DNA from: Styela clava
Lineage: Eukaryota
NCBI RefSeq assembly: GCF_964204865.1
Contig: NC_135264.1
Location: 13,206,001-13,270,000, forward strand
DNA length: 64,000 nucleotides
Direction: 5' to 3'
Of this stretch, positions 37,101 through 50,700 are shown in pieces. The notes under the pieces were generated by a model. It ran no database searches. It was given only the letters and a program-made list of their open reading frames with translations, and was not told the DNA's origin. Position 1 is the stretch's first letter. Every line of letters begins with the position of its first letter. The position numbers and the translations under genes are program-made.

Positions 37101-40100
37101 CTGAAAGTTGTGAAAACAAATCTATCAAAAATAACTTAAGTGCAGTTTCACAAGCTATATTTGAGGACGAATTTTGTGATCAGAATTCTGGCAACAACGC
37201 ATCAGTGCTGCCATATAAGCTTCAAGGTACCTTTATAACAACAAGCTGAACATTGTATTAATATTCTTTATTTTATTTTCAGACGTATATAGATATTTTT
37301 AAAGAGATTATTAAAATAAACTGGGCAACAACTGTTGTGTCCATTTGTTGCATTGCACTGCTCATCGCAGGAAAAGTGAGTAGGCATATTTAGGTTATGG
37401 ATTTATTTTTATTTTTCAAAGAATAACAAGCATTAAAAGATATTATGTAGATTTTACTCTACCCCGTTTCATTATTAATCGTGTTGATTATTCGACACTG
37501 ACTAGAGGATATCGATTTGTTTGGAATATGTTTCCAAAAAATGAAATAAGAGTGACACTTTGGAATGCGATCTCAGTGATTTTAGTATTATTCCATCCCT
37601 CCGATGGCAGGGTTAGGAACTGAATTATATGAAATGTCTTTATGAGATTGAGATTGAGACTTTAAGCAAGTCAGATCATGCACTGAAGTACTTTTATTGC
37701 GCCAAGGTCGCATCCAGAGTGGCACCGAAATAAGTGAAAGAAAAAGAGACAAAACTTCAGCGACGAACATTTTTTAGAAATTTGCCTTACATATTCTACC
37801 AAAGCGATTCCCAACCGAGTGCCATGGACTCCCAAGCTGGCTGATAACTATGATTTCAAATAAAACATTTCAACAATTCTCGGATATTTAAGTATTGATT
37901 AGTTGAAGTATTTCTTGATATTGAATACATTTTCTTTTACAGATAATCAACGAAAAGTTTCATGATCGTTTACCCATTCCTTTACCATGGGAATTAGCGA
38001 TTGTCGTGTTTTCTACGATCGCATCATACTTTGGATACTTCAATAAAAATCACGGAGTACAAATTGTTGGGAATATTCCCACGGGGTAAGACGATGGCTG
38101 TTATGTTTACTTGTATTTGATGTTTCTCAGTGCAATAGCGGTAAGCTCTGCGCGGTTGCAGCCTGGACTCGGTTAACAATGGAGTGATATCTTGGATTCT
38201 AGTTGGTCAATGTTTATGCTTTGTACTGATTTGTACGCATTCGATCTTGTGTAAGGGGGCGTTACTGTATCTAACTGACGTTTTAAAAACTGACATAAGT
38301 CTCAATGAACAATTGCGTACCGTTTTTACGAATTGCGAAAGATTAAACGCAAGCAGAAGTCATTACATCGAGTAAAAAATGCATGTTTTTGCTATGCATG
38401 CTTTGATCATCAATGTTTCACTATATATTCCGCTATAAATCTGGGATATAATCTTGCAACTAAATGGACTTGTGTAAACGGTGTTTTCGTCGATATCAAT
38501 AACAGTATACGTAGAGAAAACACTTCATCGCGGTTTTATTTCTTGCTGATTTTTCATTCCAAACTACATATGCAGGTCTACAGCTTATTGCAATGCAGTA
38601 CAAACTAAGTATATCAAGATTACTCATTACAACTTTATTACAGAATTGAAACTTCTATTCCACAAGCGAGTGACATCGGTTTAGTATTTCTAGAAGCAAT
38701 TCCAATTGCAATTGTCGCGTTTGCTATCGAAATTTCATTGTGTCAAATGTTTGCAACTAAGCATTCATATAAAGTCGACTCAGATCAGGTATTATTACTC
38801 TTTGATTGCATTTGTTATTTATATATAGTGTATAACCTTCATTCAACAATTTCCTTTCATTACGTACCGGGGACTTCTGTTTGCAATTCGTATGCTTGCA
38901 ATTTGAATGAATTCTAGATACTCGATGGTCATATTCAAATTTATTAAGCAATTTCAAGTATTTGGATTATGTTACAGGATAGGATTTTCCATATATATTT
39001 ATCCCGGGAGAGAAATGCCGGAAAAGTGGCTTATTTATATGAAGTAAGTACCACGCCTTTCGTCCGGTTAACGTTCCATGTCGGATTAGTTAGCCATTTA
39101 ATTGTTTCAGATGCACGGACTTCATGATAGAAGAAGCCGTAACCGGCCGGCGGTTACGTAAACCACCCTGTGGCGGTAAGGAGTCCAGCAAATCTCTCGC
39201 ACATAATAATCCCCCACGCGATATTAAATAAATAGATAATAAATAGCCATTTTATCTGATAAATTTTTAAATAATGTCTATGTAATAGATGAATAATCTT
39301 TTTTTTTATCAGGAATTATTAGCCATTGGTGTTGGGAATATATTTGGTTCGTTTTTCTCTTGTTTTCCTTCGGCAGCTTCTTTGTCAAGGTCGGTGATAT
39401 GGGATGAAGTTGGCGCTCATACACAGGTAAGATTGAACATGTATTCTAATGCGTTTATCAAATGAAAACGAATAGTCTTATATCCACAATTAAAGTATTG
39501 GAATTTGAATTAGTTACATTTATTTTTATTGGGTAAACTAAATGCGGACTTTTACAAGTTTGTCGTTCAATGCTCAACATGGTGAATGCTGGTACGAGTA
39601 AATACAAACGATAGAAAAAAGTAGCGTACTAGAAGTCAATGACACCGCGCCTTTAGATTGCAATCATCGTGGTATGACATTATGAAGGTTATTACCGGCC
39701 ACTAATTTTGTATTTTCCGTAAGTGAAAAATCAATATGAGCTGATAAGAAATCTCGTCCAACGAGAAGCGTAACTTTATTTTCTAGTCACGGAATGAGAT
39801 TTTCGAAAGAACTGCCTGCACCCCCGCATGTAGTGCGTTTTTACCAGGTTTTAGGCAGTCTTTGAGGCAAGAAGTATTTTACCTTTTAGAATGGAACTTT
39901 TTTAATTCAGCTAAGTACCCATTAAAGATTGAATAAATAAAGTAGTTTTCCTGCATATATATATATTGAGAAAGGATTGAAGAGTTCCTAAATAGGCCAA
40001 GGGGGGAATTTAAGGTACTCCCGTAGTGTGTCGGACATCGGACGTAGTATGTGTACCAGATTAGGGTTAGGCCATAATTTCAGGTACAAATACTACGGGA

Positions 40101-42832
40101 GTCACTTGGCTAGTCCCCGAACTCGTTATAGAACTAAAATTGGAATAAAATTATGGCCTAACCTTAACCTGGTAGTGACTGGTACACACTCTACGTTCCG
40201 GTGTGCGTCATCTTGGTTCACATACCACAGGAATACCAAATTTAACGAAAAAGGGTGGAAACCACCGCATTACTTTACCAATGGATTCATAATCAAACTT
40301 TCATTCCAGATCACGGGAATATTTTCATCTATATTAATTTTGATTATTCTACTGTGGATCGGTCCGCTGTTTGAATCGTTACCACAAGCAGCACTTGCCG
40401 CCATCATCGTAGTCAATCTCAAAGGTCTGTTGAAGCAGTTTGAAAAGGTGAGATATTAGATTACACTCTAATCTTTAGCCAGGAAGTGAAGTCGAGGAAA
40501 ATATATAATAGTCTCCGACTCCGGATTGCAAAAAAATGGACTTCGACATCAGCTCTGAACTCCGAAAAAGTCAAATTTTCATAGCAATAAGCGAGCGATG
40601 CTTGAATATATGCACACTAAGACCAAAACGAAGTAGCACGGGTCTGTCACAGTAGACTACCGGTATCACAGTCTTCGACTTTGCGAAACGACTAACGCGA
40701 ACGCGGAACAGCCACAATGTGCGCAATTTTTAATTTTTATGACGTCATCGGGCACAAAAAACGAACCCAATAGAGGCCACAGAATTTTTTCAAATAAATA
40801 GAAGTAATAGCCCTCTAGCGACAAATAGAATCTTTAACCACTATGAAAAAATCTATGCTTGCGACATATTCATTTTATTTCATACAGATACCGGCGTTAT
40901 GGAGAGTGAACAAACTTGACGCTTTGACATGGGTTGTCACATGGCTTGCTGTAATTCTTCTGGGTGTATCTCTCGGACTTGGCGTTGCTGTTGCATTTGG
41001 AATGTTTACTATCGTTCTTAAAACTCAAACGTGAGTCGCAAAATTGTTTATTTTATACTCATTTACCACTTTTTGTGTTAATGACAACGGACCACGGACG
41101 TAGACAAAATTTGTTATGAAGTAGGCACGGGTTTTTAGATTTATTCGAGAGAAGAGAAAAGCCGATAATAAGACTCGATCATACGTCTAACCACGGCCAC
41201 TAGTACGACTACCAGTAACTATCAGGTATAGAAATAGTTACCAGATGATAGAGATAGACGTAACCGACCAACGGTTGCCACCCTACTTCCTCGCACAAAA
41301 TTGTGCCTAACTAGAATCAAATATGCGAACTTGCGCATGGAATTAAAAGTGCGATTCTAACGATCACTCTTCGATCTCTGACTGGCACAATTCTATCTCT
41401 AAAGATCACAATAACGCTTCTCTTTAATTCAGTGTGAAAGGATCAGTTCTTGGCGTCGTTGGATCCGGGGAATATCGAGACGTTGATAAATACAAGACAA
41501 TGAACGATGAAAATTCTAACATTATTGTATTCCGTTATCCAGCACCTATTATTTATGCTAACAGAGAAAGGTAATTTTTACAAATTCCGGATTTTGTCAC
41601 TGTTAAATAATTCATTATAACCCTCCACTTTGATTTCAGTTTCAAACGCCAGGTAACCCATTCCCTCGGATTTGATCCAGTGTTGGAGGCTAGCAGAACG
41701 AAGAAAAAGAAAAAAGAAACTGGAACTCTAGTGGGTGACAAAATTGGGGCGATTCCAAACTATTCAGCAGCCGGAAACAGTAACCGAGATCCCGAAAATG
41801 GACTTCCTGGTTCACCCGGAAACGATTCGAACTCTTCCCTCGACAAAGCAACGCCAAAAGAGGCCAATATTACAAACGGGTATACAGCAGGGAAAAAAAT
41901 TCCCGTTCAAAGGTTATCGAGTGATCAAGGATTAATGGGACATGAAACCGACACTTCTTCAAAAAAGATTACTCATTTCGTCTTGGACATGAGTTCTTGT
42001 CCATTTATTGATAACGATGGCGCCAAAACGATAAAAGCAATACACCTATCGTTTCTACAACTCAGTATTAAATTCTTCATATCCTGCCCTAACGGTAAGT
42101 AAATTAATTGATACATATGTAAATAAGATCTTGATGAATGTGATCGACCAACCAACAAACTATTCTAGATATAGGGGCGAGTAGAGATGTACCTTGTGAT
42201 ATGATCGCACTGCTTTCTTTAGAAGTCAACGTATATAACGTTATCGCCTTTTATCCCGGGATAGAGAAAAATTGATGAAGACTTCTTAACTAGTTCTAAT
42301 TTAGTTTTAGACAGATGTGAGCGGTGATTGATGTTCAAACAACCAACCAATCAACACCTTGATCACCCCTCTTTAAGTATCGATTTCACACGACCCCACC
42401 CAACGACCGAAAACAACCCTTAGAAATACCTCGAACTTGTGTTTTATATGGAAATTACGAATTTATTTGTTGTCTGTTTACTGTATTTGTTGTCTGTTTA
42501 CTTTTTTGTATTGTTCCGTTTTAGTCAGAGAGCCGAAATAAAATGATTGATTGATTGACTCTGTGCAACAACTTAAAAAAATGCCGTTTTTGTCGTAGTA
42601 TAGTCTTCAGAAAAGTTTCGCCGTTTATAGAATATATAAAAAAAAACTTATAAATTCAATTCCAGCCGAAATTAGACGAATAATCACTGTAGTATGCGAA
42701 GAGAAGATGCCAGTTTTCTTCGTTTCACTGAAGAAAGCAACAGAAGTCGCGCGAGGTGATGTCGTTGTGGAATTCGATGACGCTGGGGACGTTATACCAA
42801 CAAATACAGGCGACGACGAGACAAACTTATAA
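34108..42832 (+). CDS. SLC26 family anion transporter (prestin/pendrin-like) with STAS domain, 14 coding exons
   Basis: Exons at about 34108-34279, 34883-35014, 35232-35389, 36158-36349, 36696-36860, 37283-37375, 37943-38085, 38644-38788, 39313-39426, 40310-40447, 40888-41030, 41433-41570, 41640-42094, 42666-42832. Motifs: [60 protein letters not shown]; ends ETNL*. Confidence 0.93.
38976..39220 (-). mobile_element. tRNA-derived SINE (partial)
   Basis: Similar to the 48041 copy and has the GGATAGGAT tail; further partial copies at about 41130-41395, 43066-43200 and 53437-53582. Confidence 0.65.
40014..40237. mobile_element. Merlin-like MITE, family A
   Basis: GGTACTCC...GGAATACC; TSD GAATTTAA/AAATTTAA; internal TTAGGGTTAGG. 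Confidence 0.8.
40587..40845 (-). mobile_element. Older Helentron-associated element subfamily (related copies at about 50776-51060 and 18115-18312)
   Basis: Shares the A(C)AAGAGAGC(A)ATGCTCAAATATATG end and the GATGACGTCAT and GTAATAGCC blocks with the young HINE copies. Confidence 0.6.
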
Positions 42833-44753
42833 CAGGACATACGGTGACCGTGCGACAATCGGTCCTCATACAACAAGGGCAGATTTAAGAGATGAATCGT
42901 GACTACCATACCAGCCACACGTGAAAGAAGATATATGTATTGCATCGGCGAAAGCATACAGCAAACTTTCAGTGCTGATAACCCACTACAGAAAGCTATA
43001 TAACTCAAGGAGAGAAAGGCCGATAACAGAACCGCCAAGCCTGAAAAGAAGCCTTGCTGCGTATGATAAGATTTATATATTCATACCGGGAAAAGAAGAA
43101 CCCGATAAGGCGACTTAATCATATAGATAACCACGGCCTCTCGTCCAGCTATCAGTCCATGTCGGGCTTGGCCAGGTATTTGTTTCAGATGCATTGACTT
43201 AGTATAGTGAAACTAAACACTATAAAATAACTGTGTCCCGAAATTCTACGAAAGTGAAGTTGCAGCCGTTCACCTTAAATTTCCATTATTTTCTTATTCA
43301 TAATATGCTTTTGTACTTCTTATGTACTATGTACGTTTATTTATACCTCTTTGCACAGACAACATTGAAATATAAAGTTATTACAAAATTAGGACGTTCA
43401 ATCTATTAATTCTAAAGAATTGAGAAACAACAACAATAACAAATAGAATTAAAAATAGTAAAGAAGAAACCAAAGTTCAGAAATAGGGACTATCACAACA
43501 TGGGTAACCAATGCCATCAGAGCAAAGCAGGCCAAAATTAGACACAAAGAATATTCGCGGGACAGGAGAGGGCCTGCAAGGGGCCGATACGACGGTATGT
43601 ATAATTAAGATACTGGTATAATTGAATATTCACATGCTTAAGCTGTGATAATGATGTAACAATTGGCCGTATCTAGAACGCAAAAAAATATAAGGTGTTA
43701 AACTTATTTCACTCAGATTTGGCGGGCCATATTAAATCGTTACGGGGCCAAAACTGCAGTAAAGGAAGCAGTTATCATCCGGCGATTATGATAGCCTGAA
43801 ATGGGGCAAGGGAAGGAGGTGGATATTGTATGTGTACAAATCACGACCAATATGCCAGGTAACTACCATTTTTTTCGAAATGACTGAACTATTGGCAAGT
43901 GGAGCTGTTAGTTATTTCTGTTACCAAAAGTCGCTACTTTTTAGCGTCTCACAAATGTAACAATGCTTCTATACAGTGCAAAATATGAAGAATTCAACAT
44001 TAAATGATATGTAGAGCAAAATCTCATTGTGCATTTGAGAATGCCTTTACTCTATTATTTAAATGAATATAGTAAATAATAGGCAATTTTTTAGCGAAGT
44101 TATAATGTATTTATCAGATGGGGGTTACACAAGACTAAATAACAAGTGGATGTGTATAAAGCAAGGATGCAGGAATAAAAATAACTATTCTGATTGATTC
44201 AAGAGTCTTGCTGCACAATATTGCAAATGTATTTCTGACTTTGGTCGGACGAAACGTTACAGAAATATATTCGTGTGAGTGTGCAGCACGACTCTTGAAT
44301 CAAATATTATTACATATATCGTAAAATTAAACATAATTCATGATTTTCCCACGACAATTGCAAATTTCATATAATACTTTCCAAAAAAAAACTTTTTGAA
44401 TGATCTGAACAAGCTAATTTACCCATTGTCAATCTCATGATTACAATATAGAGTCTTACATTGCTCTAAACGTGCCGTATACTCAAAATTGACATGCCAG
44501 CTTTGTGTATAAAATTGTTATATGCCAATAAAAACTAGAATTAGGTAAATGAAACAAAGAAATAAAGAGAAATGCAATACAAACTTCAAGAAAGGTAAAT
44601 CTTAATGCTAAAACTTGAAAAAGATGTGTATTTAGTACCATCAACACCACAGACGCTTCATATATATATACGGAATTCTTATATGATTCAAAATAGTACA
44701 AGTAACTGAATTCTTGTTACAAAGTATATGAATTACCATTAGGAGTAGTGCTC

Positions 44754-47700
44754 TTACCAAACACTACATTTGTTTTCTGGATTCATTGGACTGCCGATGG
44801 GACATTGGAACGCTTTGGCAAATTCTTTCGAATTCGATGCCGTACCTAGCACTCTGATTTTACTAGGAGAATGCACGCTGACTAAAACACTTTTCTTCAT
44901 GTATTCAGGAGTACTAACAGAGCACCAAAGCTGAAAATAAATAGCACATAATAACTATGGTTACTAAGTGTCTTGTGATAAGCAAAATAAAAATCGACAT
45001 AGATAGAAATTCATATTTATACAAGAGAGAAAAGTCCAATAGAACGAATGTGACTACACTCGAAGCCCAACCCCAAACAGAAGTTTACCAGTAAACTGAG
45101 AAGTTTACCATTTCTGTAATACAAAATCATTCACATAAAATTTTAATGGGGTGGGCGGAATGGTCATTTGGTAAGAACGTTGTATATGGCTATATTGACT
45201 TTGCAGGTCAGATATCTTGAATTCAAACCCCATGCCCACCACCTTACCCACAGTTTGATACATTGGGTAATGGGAAAAAATAATGGTCCTATTAAAACAA
45301 TGGGGACTCAAACCCATCAGCGGCTGCTTATACAGGGTGAGGGTGTCAAAACCCCCCCATAACAAACCCCTCTCAATAACACCCTCCACCGAGTTAAAAA
45401 TCTTTCTTTGGCTCATAATTGAAGAATAAATCGATATCATACCTGTGCGAAGCCGATAAAAAACAATTGATCTCTTGTATAATTCAACGACGGCAATAAT
45501 GGATCTTCTAAATCAGCGTCCCCATTTTCTCTCCAATGCATGTACGCCTACAAATACAAATCATATCAGCCTATTGTCCCATTGAAAACAGAATTAGAAA
45601 AAATCGAGATCGGAAAAAAAAAACACATACATCATATGCAAGTCTCAATCCACCATTGTCAGCAATGTTTTCTCCGACAGTAATGTTTCCGTTAATCTGT
45701 GAAAGCAAATGATATTCATGATTTATTTTTATATGGCCTTTCCGTATCTTTACGATGAGCAAGACCTAGCAGTCAACACAAATTTTCACTAATTAGTAAT
45801 TAGTGATGAGCATTTTCAAATACCCCATGATTTCAGAATCTGATTGAATATTTTTTCGAATCAAATCTAAGATAAGTTATTGGATGAGACTTTATTGTAA
45901 TAGTTCTTCCAGACACGAATAACCGAAAACATAGAATCCATTAGTCAACTGTTTGCTGAGTTTTCACACACAATATAGAACATGTTTCATCAATAACTCG
46001 AAAGAACAGAGCCAGTAATTCAAAATTTCATCTAAACCGTTTCAAAATGCCCAGCACTAGAAATCGGCTAGTATTTTTGGAAGGACCAAACAGGGTGAGC
46101 AATTTGTTAATCCTGGGAGAGGTGATGAGATTCAAACCAGGAATTATAAACCTGTAAATAAGCAGACACAAAGTCACAGATCTTAGTTTTGTGGTTCCCA
46201 ACATTTTTCGTTAAATTTCTTGGCCTATTTTGAAACTCTTTATTTCTCCCTCACTATGCATAAAAAAACTTTATTTGTACAATCTTTATTAGACCCTTAG
46301 CTAGTGTTATAAGCAAGTCACACCTATGCCTCACGTGTGCATAAATGAGTATTGTAGTAATATTAAAGAACTAAAGAATATTAGTAATACAAAACAAAAT
46401 TCTACCCCGGTTTGGAAACGGGTGACCGTACGTTTGAACCCACGTACATTTGAACCCATGTGTACATCAGCGGGTACAATCTATATGTGGGTGCCAAAAC
46501 CCATGGGTTAAGGTTAGAATGGGTTCAAATATCCGCAAAGCAAAGAAAATTTCTATGGGTACAATAGTATGCAGGTGCAATTGTCGTGGGTTCAAATGTA
46601 CGTGGGTTCAAATGTACGGGAACCTTGGAAACGTCCTAATATACGAATCTGATATGTAACTCACGTTCCGACCCCCTATCTTGTAGTTAGAATATTGCTC
46701 GATCATGCATTCAGCCTTTTTCTTGAACTTTTCAGCAGTTTCATTCTTCCACCAGTTATTAAGATTGCCATCGAGACCGAATTTTCTTCCTGTACATCAA
46801 AATCGAATTAGCAAGGTTTGAATAGGATTTCATTATACATCCAGGCGAGGAGAGCCCATAATATGGTGTCATCATGTGGCAAACCATGTTCTGTCGTACG
46901 GTTACTAGTCGAGGTTAAGTATGTAAATATGTGGACTATCACATTCACATATATGTAATATGTATGTGTAATATGAACTTGAAAAACCACAATATTAACT
47001 ACTAAAAAAAATCTCAAGAAATTTGTTCAGAGGCATACACTTTGATCAGTTCTTTCTTAAAACATCAAAATTTGGTTTTAGTTTGGTTGTGGTGGCATCA
47101 GACGGGCCATATCAAAGTAACCAACAGGCCGGATTTTTCCCAATTCAGCTAGAGCAACTGGATCATACCGGTAAAATTCTGTTAGAAACTGGATTTAACC
47201 GATTTGGTCTGGATAAACTTAGTTAATAACTCGCTAATCATACGATATAATTCGCCCAAAATCGATAGGCTTCTGGTCCGAGATATGAAGAATGCACATG
47301 CAAAATCTGGAGCAGATTCAATCTCGCTTTCGTGAGATATCGCGTGCATCTAACAGACATACAGGCAGACAAATACCTATCAACATACTTAATAAGCTAT
47401 GTCATTAGAGATCAAAGAAACACATTATTTGTGAATATATTTAGGTGCATGTGATGTGTATTTGTCACATACATATGTGTAGTGTATAACTAACCTTGGT
47501 CATCAAAGCCGTGTGTTAATTCATGCCCAACAACCAATCCAATTCCGCCAAAATTAATTGATTGTGGATAGCTACTGCTGTACGCCGGAGGTTGGAGTAT
47601 TCCAGCTGGAAACACTGTCAAGAAACAACAGGAAAAAGGTGATTCTGGAAGCTACGAAATTCATGGGGAAAATTTACGAAGAAGTTATCTTACCTATTGT

Positions 47701-50700
47701 GTTTTCAGTTGGTGAGTAATAAGCGTTCAAGGTCGGAGGGGTCATTTCCCAGCTGAAAATAATAGGAAAAGTAATGCACGAAACGGTGTTCTTGTCTTCT
47801 AAAGCAGGCATGAATTTAACAACAGTTAACAGATAAACAACACCTAAATGTATTTGCTTTCTGGACTGCAATGACTTGAAGAAGGTTAGCTGGATATTGG
47901 AAAGTTGAATTTTCATTGTAAAATTCAACAATCTTTAAAGGCCCACTTTGAGAATCGCAAATAATAAACAGTATTAAAAGTAGTGATGTCCATAGCCATA
48001 ATAAAACATTTATTACGAAAAAGGGATTACTGCGATCCTTGCGGTGTGGCTCATTGTGCTAAGCATTAGGAATATGCTCGTCATCGCACCTCTGATTACG
48101 TGGTTTCCCAGGTTCGAATCTGTGGGGTGAAACTATGTGCGAGAGGATTATCGGACTCTTCGCCGACGTAGGGTGGTTCACATAACCGCCCGTTGGTTTC
48201 AGCTGAAACAAATAACATCCGTTGGTTTCAGCTGAAACAAATAACATCTGAAACAAATAACTGGCCAACTAATCCTATACCCGACATGGACTAGTAACTG
48301 GACAAGGGGCCGTGGCTCGTCATATGATAGAGTCGTCTTATCGACTTTCCTCTCCCCCAGGATAAAAGTGTGAATAAGTTTTTCTAATCATACCAATAAT
48401 ACCCGAAGTGTTCAAAATTTTGAAAAATACTCAAACAAGTACTCACTCATCTTTGTCGACTTTTTTCCTCAACATTTTGAGTTCTTCCCTCCGAATAAAT
48501 AAATAATATTTATATATCACATCAAAATACGACGTTTTTTCAGTGAAATCAAACTAAAATAAAAAAAAATGTTCAACTCAAGCTCTGTACTATTTAAAAT
48601 TAGTTATAAAATATCAGAGCTCAAAATGATCAGAACAGAAGTACAGAATGCAAAACGACTCAAATAAAAAAAAGTACTTATTTTATAAATATAAATGAGT
48701 TTTTGTGTGTCACAAAATAGGTGCATTTTGAGATCTGCATTGTCAGCAAATTGTGCCGGGATTAAATGAACTTATTATTGATTACTTACATCCATATACT
48801 CGCTATTGACTCTTGTCTCGTTAAGAATGTAATCTGGAAATCCAATCATATCTCTGACAGCGTCAACCTTAATTAAAAAAAATAAATAACTAACATTGTT
48901 CGGAAAAAAGGAACACCAAACATGGCCCACTGCTAACCTGTGTTTTGTAGCACAAGTTAGCAATGGGCCATGTTTGGTACTATTATAAATTTCATTTAAA
49001 AATATACTTTTTTAATTGCTTTCGCTTCTGTTTCTTTGTCTACCCAACTAGTTTTTGGCAAGTTCCGCTTGAATGCATTTTTTATTTCCGTGACCATTAG
49101 TTCCGCCTGAATAGATGTAACGATAATGATTATGTCGTTTTTCAAACTTTTTTTTAAATATACTTCTTGAAATACTCACTCTATCCTTGCTCTTGTGGTC
49201 GAAACTACTAGTAATAAATAATTTTCCGAGAGCGAGTCCTAATGACGTATCGACTGTACTTACGCAACTTCTCCATCTTTCATTGCAAGACTGTAAGGAA
49301 AAAAATGAGAATCAGAATGGTGGTTAGACATAACTATAACAGCTTCCAAAAATTCGTTTCATCCAAAACCATTGGCATGCAAACTGCGGCCGCAGTCCAA
49401 ATGTGGCCCGTGGACAAATTTTGGTACTCTAGTAGTATGTAGATCAATATGGCGGACACCAGAACGTAGTATGTATAACAGGTTAGGGTTAGGCCATAAT
49501 TTCAGGTACAAATACTACGAGAGTCACTTGGCTAGTCCCCGAACTTGTAATAGAACTAAATTAAGGAAAATTGAAATAAAATTATGGCCTAAGCCTAACC
49601 TGGTACACATACTACGTTCCGGTGTCCACCATCCTGGTGCACATACTACAGGAGCACCCAAATTTTTGTGGCCTACAAATAACCTCATTTTCAATGATTA
49701 AAAACAAAAATTGGTCATAAACTTAATATTATCTGTTTTTATGAATATATGTCGTAATTATACCTGTTGTGTGGAGTTTGTTTTGTAGTAATTAGCGTAA
49801 CAGATCTTAGTTATGTTGTTTTCTAGCTAAACATGCTTACTGTTAGAAACACAGAAATAGGAATTGCGAGCAAGAAATATTTTGAACTTTGATGTGGTGA
49901 TTGTTTATAGGCTCTACCGTCAATGTGCATATTTGGCCCAGTGGTACAAATAGTTTGTCGAACCGTTGCAATAGATCCTTAGTCCAGTAGTTTTAATTTG
50001 GTATTGCAGAAAAACAGAGATGGTCCAACTGTCTATTGAATATATGAAGAGTTTTTTATAACTGACTTACTGAATCAGATCCATATATTGCTTTGTTCAT
50101 TTTAGTTCTGGCATCAATGAAATCTTGTCCAAGTGGTCCAGTAAATGTTGATACAAGATGCCATATCATAAAATTATTGAGAGTCCTAGAAGAAAATAAT
50201 TACCGGTATAATTTCACCCAAGAGCTGACGCCACCTTATTTTTTGAATTATCACAAATAAAAACTCAAAGGTAAAAAATTGTAGCTCAATTGTCCAAATG
50301 AAAAAAGTTCCAAACTCACTCATTCGAAGTAGTTTTTATAACATCTGTTAATTTCTGTAGATATTCTTCGGATGATGTTGCAATTTTTTCAGTCGGTTTT
50401 AGATTTTCATCGGGTAGAACATTTTTGAAAGCTGTGTCGATATATTCCATCCAATCTATTATGGGAGTCATCTCCTAAATTGAGAACGCAGTTCAGTTAG
50501 TTTCGTTAACCAATACAGAGATAATATTCCGATAATATGCTGAAAAAGTTATCAACAAGGTGTTTTACCGTTTACTCAGAGCAAGGCCCTAAATAAGAAG
50601 CTGTTGAAATGCAGTGTTTTCGAAATACTGTAAAATTTTCGAAACAGCATATACCATATACATTAATACCTCAATAGTCGAACGACTAAACACTAGAACA

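Noticed and set aside
49372-49701. Similar short ORFs here and at 8521 and 40028 suggesting a small gene family
   Set aside because: The similarity comes from translated MITE sequence.
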